The notes: generated by a model from the letters alone, not told the origin. Numbered from the whole stretch's first letter, positions 11,954-26,078 are shown. The stretch is DNA of 63,735 bases, filler included, from Basidiobolus meristosporus CBS 931.73 (GCA_002104905.1; 3 parts of 3 records of this genome joined end to end with filler, not necessarily neighbours in it), one strand, 5' to 3'. A program made the numbers and translations.

Positions 11954-13317
11954 GCTGAGTGAAAAAGTGTGAAGCGTGAAGTTAGTGCTCTTTGTGACGC
12001 TGTTTATTTATATCTCCAGTGAAATCCTTTGAGATATGAGTAACGAAGGATTACCTATTTGGGGCATTGAGCGATCTTCAGGCCAAAGGCAACCACTTGA
12101 CTTTTCTGAGCGATCCCTCAATAGTGTTAGATAATGCTCTGACTATTGATTGGTTTTGGGATTGGCAAGGATCGAGAGTGGCGTACAAACGTTAGCTAGG
12201 CTGCATGGAAGGCTTCGGATTAGGTTTCTTTCACAGCCCTTACCGAGATAAAATGACCGAATTGGGATGTGCCACTTCTGGCCCGATGGAGTTTATTAAC
12301 CACTGATAGGGCTGGACAAACGAAATGGGGATTCAGCTTGTGAGTTGTTCCACTACTCGATATGGAAGTGCGAAAATCCAGGCGAGCTCAATGCTCTTTA
12401 TGACAACTTTTTTATCTTTCAGGCCTTACACTCGGTATCATCCCGTGGGAAATCCGGTTCACTTTTTCTTCATAAAAGGCAGGGGACTGTAGAAAATTCC
12501 AAGCATGCATGTGACGGCTTTGCAATATTTCTGTCAAGCTATGCAATGAAGCTGCCCGCTCCAAAATACACCCATAATCGGCCAAGACTAGCCCACCTCT
12601 ACAACAACTAGAGCATTGTTACTTTATTAGGCTTGTAAGGAGCATCCATACAACTCCATGTTCCCACCACTGTTATGCAGTAAGCATGGGGCTGAAGAAT
12701 TATTATTAGATATATATCACTCTTGAACATTTCATCAGCAAATCCATTAATTCTGGGCATCCAATCGCCTTCTTATTTGGTACCCAACGAGTGCTCACCA
12801 CTCGTGTTCCATTGCCAAGTAAGCCTTTTTAGCTCTTTCTTTTAACCAGACTGCTATATTTCTTCTCAGAATTATCTTCTACTTCATTACCTCAATATGC
12901 CATGGTCAAACCTTTGTCAAGATTTTGAAATTATTGAAAGTGGTTGATAGTTTGCACACCATCTGGGTCTTGCTCTGTGCCCTATGCTTGCTACTCATAC
13001 CTTTACAAGATATTGGTAAGATAAATGTGTGGACTACAATTAGCATTGTCCCAGGAACAAGTTCTGTGGCCATTTTTACTGTTAGAGTCATGGAACTATT
13101 GGAAATAATTGGGAGAGAAAGTGAATTATGTGCTTTCACTCAATGAAATACTGAATTTAAGAGTGGAACTTTGCCATTATAAATTCTTAAATCCAGATGT
13201 GATTGAGCATATACATATCTCAGGATGGCCCTAGAAGTATCTTTGCAAACTGCAGGAATCCTAAAAAGCATTGGGATCTTCTATGCTTTAAGCACCTGGT
13301 ATCTTGATGGAAATACT

Positions 13318-13667
13318 TGTTGTAAGAGTCTTGGAGATATTGGAAGTGCCTTGGGAGAACAAGTAGATTATGTGGTTTTCACTTAATGATTTATTGAATG
13401 TAAAAGTAGTATTTATACTTTTATATGGTCTTGGCATAGCAAGCACGTAGAATAGGTTAAGAAAGGTCCCAAGAACATGTGTGCAAAGTGTGAGGCTGTT
13501 TGGACAACTTTGAGAATTTTCATGTTCTAGGTACCTGGTGTTTTGGTGAAAATATTCTAAGTAAATCCCAACAAGGAGTTTGGTCAGTATTCTCTAGGAT
13601 TTGAGGGTAATGATCTAAGTGACGAAGTTAGGTGAATATTTAGGTGGAATTGCAAATTTTTACAACA
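13318..13667 (-). mobile_element. Copia-family solo LTR
   Basis: TGTTG...CAACA; perfect TSD ATACT on both sides. Confidence 0.95.
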
Positions 13668-13730
13668 ATACTGACTGTTAATCATGGCAAAGAACTTGGT
13701 CAGGAGATAATAGATTGAAGTACTTAGATC

Positions 13731-14489
13731 TGTTGTAAAATTCTATATTTAAACCCAAATATTCCCCTAAATTTGTCACTTAAATCATTTCCTTCAAATT
13801 GTGGAGAATACTGAGCAAGTTCCATGTTGCAATTTATCTAGAATATTTTCACCAGAATATCAGGTACCCAAAACATAAGATTTTATAAAGCTGACCAAGC
13901 AGCCCCAAACTTTGCACACATGCTCTTGGGACCTTCCTAGGCCTACTTTATAAAAATACTACTTTTTCATTCAATAAGTCATTAAGTAAAAACTGCACAA
14001 TCTACTTGTTCTCACAATCCCTTCTAATATCTCCAAGACTCTTACAGCACTTAGGACCTTCCTAGGCACATTTTATACTGTTGCTTTGCCAAGACCATGT
14101 AAAGGTATCAATACTACTTTAATATTCAATAAATCATTAAGTGAAGGCCACATAATCTGTTGTAAAAATTTGTAATTCCACCTAAATATTCACCTACCTT
14201 AGTCACTTAGATCATTACCTTCAAATCCTAGAGAATACTGACCAAATTCCTTGTTGGGATTTACCTAGAATATTTACCCAGAACATGAAAATTCTCAAAG
14301 TTGTCCAAACAGCCCCAAACTTTGCACACATGTTCTTGGGACCTTCCTTAACCTATTCTACGTGTTTGCTATGCCAAGACCATGTAAAAGTATAAATACT
14401 ACTTTTACATTCAATAAATCATTAAGTGAAAACCGCATAATCTACTTGTTCTCCCAATTACATCCAATATCTCCAAAACACTTACAACA
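13731..14489 (+). mobile_element. Cluster of copia-family LTRs (13731-14049, fragment 14050-14157, 14158-14489)
   Basis: Direct homology to the 2305-2653 LTR; no clean TSDs. More degenerate relics at about 13080-13310 and 14810-15150. Confidence 0.85.
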
Positions 14490-15793
14490 CACAGATAATG
14501 CTTTCAGCTTATACATCCCACTTTTACTTTGTAGTAGTCAAGCTATTTGCTGTAGATACTTTCCCTACAATTACCAAGTCTATGAACCTCAACAATTACA
14601 GGAACCTGTGTGAAATAGCTTTACTAAGTACCTAGACTCTGGTAGTTTTCACAGTAAACCAATAGGAATTAATGTGTCATATCTGCTTATGAGACCATCA
14701 TAGCTACACTTGGTGTAAATTGTAGTTTCAGAATCCTCAAGTGAGGCTAGTCTAATAGCTGGTTGTGGTTATTCTTAACTTATGCAAAATCTAAACATAA
14801 CATCTTCAAAGCTTTTGCACAAGAAGTGAAGAAATAGTACAAAGTGATTGGAAAACAAGTAGATTTTGTAGCTCTCACCTGATAATTTGTTGAATATAAA
14901 GTAATACTTATTCTTTACATGGTTTGGGTGTAAAGCTCATGAGACTTGTTTAGGCAATTCTAAGTTTATATGTGCAAAACCTGGGATTTTGGATAACTAT
15001 GAGAATTTCAATGTCTAGGGCAACTAAGATTTTGGTCAAATACTTCAGGCAGTTTGCAACAAAGAACTTGGGCAAAATGCTCCAAGGCTCCTACACTTTG
15101 ATCTAAGTGACTAGGCTGGTAGGGTATCTAAGTACAATTACAAAACTTGTAACTTTTCTGGGGATAAGCTGAACTGAAACTTTGGGGCAAATTTATGGAT
15201 TGGAATGCAACATTGATATAAGTGGTGGAATCTCTAAGGGCTAAATTGATGAGAATATAGCAAAAGACCATAAGAAGACAAGCTCAAGACTAAGAGAGCA
15301 TATAGTCTCTGAAGTAGTTGCATTATTTCAAGGTATTGATAAACAGATCATATGTGCAGTATTCAAGCTGTTATCACATGAAGCTAGAAGTGATGAGTAA
15401 TAAGGCATGAGCTGCGGGACTTGGGTTCAAATCCCACTCTATACAATATGGCCTAAAAAGCTTGTATCCTTCATTTTCCAAATGGTACATAGAAGCCTCT
15501 TTTAGAGTATTTTAAATGAGTTATTTATAGGTTTGGCTTGTATTAGTGTTGAGAATTCACAATCACCGAGGTCAAACCAATATTTCTTCTATATTTTAAC
15601 TATGTGGTATTTGTGGCCAATACTGGAATACCAAGTTGTCATGTCAAAATGCTTCAAGTCAAGAATGAAGTGTTACTCTAGTCCATGATTGTTCAAGGCG
15701 CAAAAATCTGGACCTGGATTTGGAATCGCATCCCATAACTGCTGAGAATCAAACCTATTGTATATAGTAGTGCCTTCATGCAACCAGTAAGGC

Positions 15794-15955
15794 ATACTTA
15801 CCTGGCAGGGGCAGCTCGTGATCAAGAAGGCGAGTTGTTCGTTTTGGAACTTGAGCATTGCACAGCGTCTCAGGGTCTTTAACGCGAACATCCTTCGGGG
15901 TGTCTCGACTGTTAAATTTTTGTTTGTGGGAAGTGAGCGCTATGCGCCGCCTCCT
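15794..15955 (+). ncRNA. U1: U1 spliceosomal snRNA
   Basis: 5' ATACTTACCTGG, U1-70K loop GATCAAGAAG, U1A loop ATTGCAC, Sm site AAATTTTTGT (15914-15923), GC-rich 3' stem; about 162 nt. Confidence 0.95.
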
Positions 15956-17623
15956 GCCATTCTCCTATACAAATATATCTATATTCCTCATCGGTAGTTA
16001 ATAACTTTCATACACACACACTGAATGAGCTATGATTTGTGGTCATAATGAGTGGCATCATACTGCTCTATTGGTGGTAGTCGGTATAAATATTCCTGGT
16101 CAACATTCATGTGATATTAAACAACTTCCAATTTTATCCATGTTAAGCATGTTTTGATCGCCAATCCTTATACCGTTTAATTGGGGCGCTCAACTATAAG
16201 ATGGGCATCTTTCTTGCTTCGTACAACAGTAACACTGAGCTAGCAAATGCCAATTATTTGAGCTACTATTTGGGTTCAATGAATCGGTGCATTATTGGAG
16301 ACACGCAGACATCCCCATATTGCTTTGAAAGTAGATGAAATTGAAAAGATGGAGCTAATCTGTCATAACCATGAAAAAAGGTATTCGGGGCATTTAGAAA
16401 TGTGGTACTTGGTGTATGCAGAGTTTGGGGCCTTTCGTATAGACAGGTTGGCGAATACATGATTGTGGACAGCCACTAGCCAATCAAATATACGATCAGC
16501 TAGCGATCAAATCAGATTAATCGATTAGACCACGAGGTGGAATTTCACAACAGCCAACAAGGTATTTAAGTGTGTGAAATTAGCCGAGAGTAGGAACCTA
16601 GAGTAGGAACCATCCTGTAACGTACGTGTCAATTACTGGTCGAAGTATATCGAGTAACCAAGTACTCGATAGTTCTCATGGGAAACACACAAACACCTCA
16701 TACGACAACAAACATACCTGTGGCTAATTCGCAATCACTGAGCAACCAGTGCGGACGTTGATTGGATCACAAACTCGGGCGATACCCATTCTAAGCTTAG
16801 TGCAGTGCAATAGAAATTTAAAGTATTAAAGCGACCTTCCCTCTGACCAAAATATTCTCCGGGAGATATTCCTGATTAGTCCGGATGGTGAATCTAGAGT
16901 GGTTGCTTCATTTGGAAGGAGAGAATTGGGCGAAAAGGAAATGTGCTACATCACTCATATGAATTAGCAGGATAAAGTTCGCCGATGATTTAGGAAAATG
17001 ATTATGTTGGATGGTGACCAGGGTGGCACAGAGGATGGGTGATTTGTCAACATTGGATATGTATTTGTGTTGTAGCACAATGCTTCTTGAAATGTCGAAG
17101 TATTAGCAGTGGCTCGGAAAGGAAATGGGCTTCCAAATCTGCTGGCGGGTTGTAGGCTGCGGGATGCGATATCTCCGTCTTGCGCTGGTGGAGCTCTCCA
17201 CTCACGGCTTGGTTGACTTTCCGCCTTGCTGTTGTATGAGTTCTGAATCAACGGTGCTGGTTCCTGAACGCCATTCCAAAATATTTGGCCAAGGTGAGTA
17301 CGGGACTGATCAAGATCAAGTGTGCTAGTCATATGGTTGAAAAAGGAAATCCGGTGGTGGAAAGGGAGAATAGTGATCCATTCACATTGAGTATACATAT
17401 ATATATTGAGGAGTGTATATATTCCATATACAAATCCGTATGAATGAAGTTGGGTAGATTTTCGGAGATTTTGACCCGTGTTCTAGGGAATGGCTATATA
17501 TAATGAATCATCCGCCGACTTTTACTCCATCTACATCGCTTACGTTTAGACTTTATACACCTCATTCACCGACTTGCCCTCATACTCGTAAATTGCCCAC
17601 AGACGGTATTCGCCCACTGCTGA

Positions 17624-18607
17624 ATGACTACCCTCGCGCCGCATTCACAACTCTTGAACCACCACCAGTTGCCATACACTACTACGTCGTCTCAACGGCC
17701 CTACAGTGGCTACGTAGCCGGCGGAAACTCCCTAATGAGCCCATATCAAACCTTTCAGCCCGATATGAATTCCCATGGCCCTCACAAGCTTATCGAGACC
17801 TTTGTCTCGGTATCCCCCGACTCGGCCAAAAAGTTGCCCAGAAAGCGCAGAAGACCCCCGTTCTCATACTCCTCCCTGATTGCTCAAGCTATATTATCAA
17901 CACCTGACCGACGCCTTACATTAAGAGAGATTTATCAGTGGATTATGGAGCGTTACCCAGCCATGTATAAGGCAGGTGACACTGGTTGGCAGGTAGCGTG
18001 CAGCCCCACCTGAAAATCAAATCTGCATGATTCACTAAATATTTGCGTTTAGAACACCATTCGTCATAACCTGTCCTTAAACAAGTGCTTCAAAAAGATC
18101 CCTAGAGCCGAAAACGACGTCCCTCATATCAGCAAGGGAAAGGGTGGCTATTGGACAGTGGATCCAGAGTTCATGTCTTCCTTCGAGAATGGCGAATTCC
18201 CCAAGGGGACCATGGTGAGACGCAAGCCTGTTGAGAGCAACAATTTCGACGGCTTCTCCGCAGCACCTCAGATGCATGGGGTGTTCCATTATACCAGCCC
18301 CAACCCTGTTGAGCACTCGCCTTTGAACGAAACCTATCAGTGCAACCACGAATCCACATATCGGAAGGGCTCTCTAGATCAGTATTTGCTTCATAGCAAG
18401 GAGCCTGTGGAGGACGAAAGGTACCGTCGTCGAAGCGAAGTCTCGCCATATTACTACGCAAACAGCACGCCCCAGCCCTATTCCCGCCCTTATTCGCAGA
18501 GCGAATATCTTCAACCCATGCTGCTCAGAGCTGGATCAGAGGCCTCAAGTTGCAAATCAAGCTCGGAAGACACTTCCGTACTACGTATTCATAATATTTT
18601 GAATTAA
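17624..18607 (+). CDS. Forkhead-box transcription factor (about 307 aa, one intron 17993-18052)
   Basis: [14 protein letters not shown]...[10 protein letters not shown]...GWQ|[18 protein letters not shown]...[10 protein letters not shown]; phase-0 GT-AG intron with CTAA branch site restores the frame. Confidence 0.95.
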
Positions 18608-19562
18608 TTTCAGTGGTTCGAGCTTCCCACTTCTGTACATTTAGTAATGTTGATTATGACGACCGTTCCCACCACCCACCACCCACCACCCGCAACCCAC
18701 AACGCACATTCCACACCCTTATGATGGGTGCTCTATTCACGTTCACCAGCTCTTTTAGTCGTGTAAAAACAAACAAATAAATCCACCAACCATGCACATA
18801 CGTAAACCATTCATCTACTCTGTGTGATTGGTGGCCTAGGTCCCCGGAGACTTAACGGATCATATGAGCGGTACAATTGATTAAGGATATATGGAGAAAG
18901 AGCACAGAGCTAACAGCAATTGGAGAGATTCCAATGGATTAGGTCTAAATTGATTTGTCATAGCTCAAGGAGCACGCTGCTCTGTACCCACATTAGGCCC
19001 ATACACAGTGGGATCTATTGGTTTGCATGAAGTTGGGGCAGCGTCGGATTGGTCACATTTAGGGAGATATATAAGCTTGATTTCCAATATAGAAATAAAT
19101 GGAGAACCGTGAAGTGGATGTAAGGGCCAAGGGGCAAGGGGCAAGGCTCCAAGAGTCGAAAGCACAGACATCACATACATTAGCTGTGGGTTCCCATTTT
19201 CGGCTCTACACCTTCCCCACTGCAATAAAGAAGAATACGGCTCAATTGATGAATACCGATCATGCCTCAGACCATCCCTCCTGCACTTCATAGAGTTGCT
19301 CTCATCTAACCACTTTTGGTCCCAAAGTTATCGCATCGGCTTGCGTAAATTGGCCAAATGAATAGATCAGTGTCTGCGCATGAGCACGTTCGTTACGTTA
19401 ATTACCCAATGCTTCCCTCACCCCACCGGTGATGATGGTGATTCACAACGTGGGAATCTTGAATGATTTATTCCGTTCCAGTACAAATCAAGCTCACCGA
19501 GATGGTTCTGAAATCACGACCAGTTCTATCCGGAATAAGAGCCGGTCTCTAAGTCGGTTTGG

Positions 19563-21493
19563 CTAGAACACTCTGGGTTGTTCGTTCTCAAACATCTCCA
19601 ACTCCAGCGGCGACCGCACCCAGTCTTGGAATCGTTGTCGCAACAGTTCGTCTTTAGCTTGGCTGTACCTCGCGCTGGACTGCTTCAGCTGCAGGTAAGT
19701 GAGCTTCGCGAGATCAACCGACCTGACCATGTTGTTTGTTAGTTGGGATCTTCCTGATTCAACGTTAATTCCGAAGTACCGAAGACTGTCAGGTGTAAGA
19801 GATGGCGGATACTGAGATACAATATCGACGAAATGCCCAAATAGGGAGGCCTTGGACAAGGCGGACCTGTAGCGATTCTACGTTAATGCCACCGGACACT
19901 GGTCTTAGCGCTTGCTTACTAACCGCGTTTTGATGGGGTACTTGCCATCTTTCCCCGGTCTGGCTCCCTGCTTTCTTCCATTGACGATGGCCTCAGATTT
20001 CGGCTGGTTCAGTACCCAGTTGATGGCTGTTGAGTGGCGTTAGGGTGGCTAGGTGAGGGTGAAGCCGCATTCATCGTACCAGATGGGGATGGCACTAGCG
20101 TGCTCTCGGGGTTGGTCAGCTTCAGGCTTCCCTTGGACCATCGAAACGGTTCTTTTGTATGGAATACGCCGATCTTTTGCGGGTGGAAGGATGGCGGCAA
20201 ATCTGGGTTCTGTGAGTGCGTTGGGCTATCGATGGTTGCAGACAAACATTGAAGTACCGGTGATTCCCTCTACACGAGTGCAGAGTGCTCTGATTACCGA
20301 TTCCTCGTCAAAAAGGTCACCGATGGTGATGGATGCGAGATAAATCGGGGGCATTAGCAAGGATAACATTGCGGATTGGAGCCCTAGCACATTCCATCGA
20401 GCGATCTTATCACTGAGCGTTATCAGCATCTCTCCATGCAAGCAATGGCTGTAGAACTAACCTGCAGGACATCGAGAGGGTCGGCTCGGCATCTCCTCTG
20501 CCTTGTTTTCGAATGAGTTTCCGACATGTATCATAGCTGAGGTCTGAGCCTTACCTGGTTTCGTTCGCAGCACATTGACGCGATCGTAGTCTACCCTGCC
20601 ACGCTTGAGATTGTTCCCAGATGGTGGGGCGGTCTCGCTCACTTCCTCTACATTCTTATCAACCACTTCCGAGCTTTTGGCAACCTTCTGTGCCTCGTCG
20701 AAAGTTTTTCTCTTCTTGAAACTCTCGTACGACTCTGCCGATTGCTCGTTAGCCAGGGGCGTAGTGGAGGCATCTCCGCCTGGATTGATCGGAGATTAGT
20801 GGGAACCAAGCCAAACCAGAGACCATAGAACCTACATGGGCAATGGCTCACATACATATGGAATGTGATGTCCGGGGAAACAAGCTCGAACGGCGTTCCT
20901 GACTTCTGGTCCGTATCACCTATCTTCAATATGTCCGATTTTCCTCCTTTCGCCACAATCAACGTCTGGTCCAACAGGTATCTAGGTGAGGCGAGATCAG
21001 GGGGCAGTTCATGTAGCTTGCTAACGGGCTATCTATGGAAACCTGATGAATCCTCTGCGAGCAATGATCTCGGCATGGCTGTCATGTAAAGCATCTCCGT
21101 TGGTTGGCAATTTACTTGAACTCAAACATTTCAGCCCCGTTCTTAGCAAACAGGTCAGCCTCGGAAGAAACACCAGTCGAAATGAGCGTGAAGTTACCCT
21201 ATGGAAAGACATTGCAGTTCGTAACCAGGACCATCTAGACAAAGGGTTAACTTTAGTCGATAGGGCAGTGAACAAGAAAGAAGAGCGAGATCGACGCGAG
21301 AACCCTCGACACTGTTCCAGAAAACGGACTCACCTTTAGGTTTAGCCATGAGTATCCCCGCCAAAACGGTCCACTCGACTTTGTTCCCGCGCACGATCGG
21401 TTTCCCTTGTTTTGGTAAGGCGTCGAAGGCCTCCTGGCATTTCCGTGCTAGCTGGTCCGGAAAGTCCGCTTCCTCACACCGAAAAGTGGACAT
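19563..21493 (-). CDS. TAD1: tRNA-specific adenosine deaminase (Tad1/ADAT1), multi-exon
   Basis: TGLKCL, DSHAEIIARRGF, YVSHCPC, RTKPGRGD...SMSCSDKIARWNVLGLQ (rebuilt through a 40-nt exon at 20462-20501); no dsRBDs seen. Confidence 0.9.
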
Positions 21494-23248
21494 GGTCGAT
21501 GGATTCGGGCTTTGGAAGGGATTTCGAAATCGCTCGAATTAATCATGTCAAGCTGCCGAAAATGATCAATACGGTGTTGGATTGGTAGATTCGTCCTCCA
21601 AATGATTGACTCCGCAGTGCAAGCCGAGTGTATTGCTGATAAAAATTGCTGTTCAGTCAATCTAGTGGCATGATGTTGATTCGTAGTAATACTTGCCTAG
21701 TTTTGCAGCTCTCTGACAAGAAAGCCATCAAGTGTGGTATAATGTTGGGCGTATATAACTGCTGCTGCCAGTTTGGTGTGGTGATTCACTAGTAACATTT
21801 GATGGTGTATGCCAACAAGATTGGAAACAATGCTGCAGATATTCCTGAAGACAATTTGCCACAATATTGTATTTGTTGTGAGGGTTTTGGGGCCATTTGG
21901 ACAACTTGAAAGATATATCAGGGCGCCTGACATTTAGTCAATCCAATCAAGTTGATGTAAATACTTGGGTGTAAACAAAATCTACAACGGCACGTAAGCC
22001 AAAATATTGCAAAAAAATATCAACACAATCCCAGAGTATGCAAAACCTTGATGTGGTAGTTGAAAGGGAACACTGCAGCACATAAGCCAAAGTAGGCATG
22101 ATTGAACTTGTCAAGCCCAGCAGAATTCATATTAATGGATGAAGGTTTGAGAGTTGGGAAGTGACTCAGTAACGATTTGTGGTTGGTTTATTGAGTCAGT
22201 ACTTTTTATAGAGCCATACATCCATGGCCTTCCACAACACACTCTGGTGATTTTTGCAAAGTGTGGTGGGAACTGAACAGTTTCAAAAATACGGCGGTCA
22301 GAAAGGTCCCTGACTAACTCCAAACCCAAATCGTTTTTAATAATACTTCTGATTAGGTCCTCGATTGATTACGAGAAAAGTATATTGTGGATGGCCATGG
22401 AGAGGTGGGTGCAAGATTGCTGTCAACTTTGTATTTACACTTGGATATACATTTTCTTGGTCATTTAGATTCGTAGCTTATGAACTTTACTCTTTGTCGG
22501 GACCTACTTGGTATATTTTCAACCAAGAGTCCGGGACATGAAAATCCTCAAAGTCGTCCAAAAGCCTCCAAACTTTGCGCCCATGTGCTTGGGAGCTTCC
22601 TTGTAAAAGTAAAAATACCACTTGAACATCCGATAAATCATCAAGCGAAACTCACGTGATCTACCACTAAAAGAAGGTGGCAATCTTTTCAATGTTTTAA
22701 CAATTTGGAGCAGTTGACAAGATCTTCCCCAAATGGTTAAAAAGGCATGGGCAATGATGAAAAGTTACTACATGAATACTTGGGTACTAAACCAATTGTT
22801 TGGAACAATACCCGTGTCTGAAAAATGTGTGTCCCACACCACTGCTGTTCCCCAAGTACCATTATGAAAATAGGTATCGATGGGAAGAGTGAGAACCAGA
22901 GCTAACAAACCATTCTGCTTAAAATTTATTGTGACCAGCAAAGAAATAGGGGTTGACCGGGATGATCAGGGTAGGGAAAAGAGAAACTGTTGAGAAAGAA
23001 ATGGTGACCTGTGTCAAGGTGGGTTCGAGAAATCTAGGGAATTTTATCTTTTTCACTGGTAGATTCAGTGAGCAATAGAGAAGGAAAACATACATTAAAG
23101 TGTACATTTCTACACAAACAATCGATGAGTACAATGAAGAATCCTGTTGTCGAAGGGCATGATGGAATGCTGCTTACTGAAGTTCTCGGGATTGACTTCG
23201 ACATGTGTGAATGAATATTCGGTGGAAGGACGCTCTAAAGTAGGTATA

Positions 23249-25978
23249 TTAAGAATCGGAGAGTTTGCGTCTTTTGGCGCTGTTCGAAGACTCCCCAGGG
23301 TTGGATTCCTCGTCACGAGAGGACGTTGCCTCCGAATTCTCATTCACTAACAACATCCGCTCCAATTCGGCCAAAAACCGGGTGGCCGACGAAGAAAGTA
23401 GATTACAAAGTGATTGCAAATGATGCTTGACGACCTAGAGGGATAATGGTTGGAGTTGGTCAGTGAACGCCGATGGACTCCCTCTTGACAGGACTAACTA
23501 CTTACCATGTGCACGATTTCTCGGGTGCGATCTGCCCCGTAGGCTGTGAACAAATCGTTTCGAACTTCTTGCACCACTTCTCTAATCCAAGTGGGGATAA
23601 AGTCGGCCGCTGCGAACGAGCTGGTTTCGTTCGCTCGACGCTTGGGACGCGCGTCCAACAAGAAGCGAAGTAAACGCTCGCATTGCTTAGTCAAGTACCG
23701 CACCAAACGGTCTTGCAGACTCGCTATGATAGTATCGTTGTTGGGGAGTGCCTCGTTGAGATGAAGCAGTTCGACGAAATATTCGCCCAAGGATTGTGAA
23801 AGGTTCACAATGTCCTCTTCTCTACGCTCCGTCGATATGTTTGCTTGGAAATACCCGGAAAGACGGGAGTGAAGCTGCTGCAAGCTGGTCGGATTGCCTC
23901 GAATGATCTCACGAGCCTCCGAGACGTGAATCGAATGGAGGAGTTGGTAGACAAAGTCCTGGGCTCTGTTAGTGCTGCTGGGCTCCAAGTTAAAGACATC
24001 CGCAACCGAGGTATTGCTTCGACCTTGGGATTCTTCCAGAAGGGTGAGATGGTTGGAAAGCATGCTGCCAAAGAGACCAAGATCGTATGAGTTCGAAGAA
24101 GCAACTCCAGGTGCATTCGAGTCGGTCTGTGGTGTAGAGCCGGTATCATTGTTGGAGGCGGCGGGATTAGAGTTTGTGGCGTTCTCAGAGTTAGACGAGC
24201 TTCTGGTTTGCCCGATTCTGGTGGCGGGAATGATGCTAACGATGGGAATGGTCGTGCTAGCGATGAATGCGCTTGAGCCGCCAGTGGATCTGGAGGGGTA
24301 GATTGTCGTGAATGGGGAGCCCAATGAGCCAGCTGGGGACCCACCAAATATCGACGATAGTAATGAGGATAATGCGTTGGGTGTTGAAGGAGTCGACTCT
24401 TCCGCGGCGTTGGATGGTTGTTGGGATGGCTGCGTCTCGGCGGTGGTATTAGAGGCTGGGTCTTGGTTTCTCTCCCGCGATGGCTGATTGCTGGTCGGTG
24501 TCATTGGCAACGAAATTGGGATGGTAGCCCCTGAGCTAGTTTCAAATTGAACAGATATATCAGGGTATATGGAGAATGTCATGTTGGGAGATGAGAAGAG
24601 CGAGCCCCGAGAACGGGGTTGGGGATTAGGCGTGCTAGATGATTGGGCCTGGTTGGGACTGGCAGCTGCCTCTGAGCCATCTTGGGATGGTTGTGGCGCG
24701 GCGGTACTGGAGCTATCGGGAGCACTATCGACTGGTGTGGGATTGAATCTGGTGCGGTGCAACAGAGTGGCCATCGTACTTTCAAGTTGAGTTAATCTGT
24801 ACATCCCGCGTGCCAGCCCGGCCGCTTCATTCTGGGCTCTGATGCGTTCCTCGGAGTCAGCCTCCAAAGTCTCATCGATAAACGTACGGGCCAAAGGCCT
24901 CAGTACGCCGGTAAGATGCTCCAGTGCGTTGGACAGCTCCAGCATAAGTCTACCGGTTTGCACTGTGTCATTCCCTTGGATCTCTAATGGAAAAATCAAT
25001 AAGCCGTAACTTGAAGATGGCATTTCTGTATATACCAACCATGTTCTGGGGTGATGTTCCAGAGATCTTGAAGGCGTCTTAGATGGGTAGAAGCACGGCT
25101 GAGCAGAGCGCTGTTGTCGGCCTTGAACAAGATTATTAGTAAGCCAGTGATTGCCAAAACGTGGTGCGTGTACTACCGTCTGTCGTTGAGATTGGGGTGT
25201 CGATCTGGATTCACCGTTTGCCCGCACGCTGCTACCCCGAGGGGTGCTCTAGTTAATCAAGAAAATCAAGGGTTAATGCCTGTCTGGATGATAGATACCG
25301 ATCAGAGATTAAATGCATACACTACGAACGGAGGAAGGTGTGGAAGCAGTCGCCTGAGCATTGGCTTGGGGAGTTCTTGGCGAATCTCCAAAAAGAGAAC
25401 CGAGAAACTGCGGAAATAGTTGGCACAGGTTGAGAATCTAGCAGCATATACAGATTGCATCTTGCTCGCATTACTTACACTGTTGATAGGTGAATTATCA
25501 AGTTCGAGGGAGATGAATCTTGTGGTGGATGCAATACTCCTAGGTCTAGTAGCACTAGTTTGAGGTGTTTGAGGTTCATCTAATAAGAAACAAGTAAGGT
25601 TCAGTATAAGGTTGGGAAAGGTAAGTCCAAAACAAAGCAATGACCATTGTTGCCTAGAGCCTCCAGTGGTCTAATTACAAGGTGTATCACATTTCCGGTT
25701 TGTAATCCTATCAGAGGCAAATCCTTTCCGATTAGCAACTCGACACCTTGCTGTATCGAGGAGTTCTGTTTACTGACCACATTCGTGCAAAGTTTTTTCA
25801 TCTTTCATCACTCTGCCTTGAAATATAAGTCTTTGTCTGTCGCGAGTTACCCTGCTACATCTTCCAACTGCTCTTTGAGTTTCAGCACCGTTTCTGAGTG
25901 GGCAATCACAACTGGATAAGAATCGGAATCGATGGTGCGAACGGTGATTTTGAGTGGACCATCGTAGGTGGCGGCCTT
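23249..25978 (-). CDS. BAG6-like protein with N-terminal ubiquitin-like domain; 5' end runs into the gap; 1-nt frameshift in the UBL
   Basis: UBL: ITVRTIDS...LKEQLE...RQRLIFQGRVMKDEKTLHECG LQTGNVIHLVIRP; long S/T/P/N-rich middle; helical C-terminal part; ends NSAKRRKLSDS* (stop 23249-23251). The BAG6 label rests on architecture only. Confidence 0.65.
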
Positions 25979-26078
25979 NNNNNNNNNNNNNNNNNNNNNN
26001 NNNNNNNNNNNNNNNNNNNNNNTTAATTAATTAANNNNNNNNNNNNNNNNNNNNNNNNNNNNNNNNNNNNNNNNNNNN
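25979..26078. other. Assembly gap with six-frame-stop linker
   Basis: 100 positions of N with TTAATTAATTAA at 26023-26034. Confidence 0.97.

Noticed and set aside
15673-15891. 72-aa minus-strand ORF
   Set aside because: Antisense to the U1 snRNA gene.
20226-20520. Apparent loss of the third zinc-ligand Cys of Tad1 (ORF track reads MLITLSDKIARW)
   Set aside because: A 40-nt exon at 20462-20501 restores GRGDAEPTLSMSCSDK; the enzyme looks intact.
22490-22670. Faint copia-LTR homology retaining CpGs between TAD1 and the BAG6-like gene
   Set aside because: Too diverged to define ends or a TSD; noted only as a probable ancient relic.
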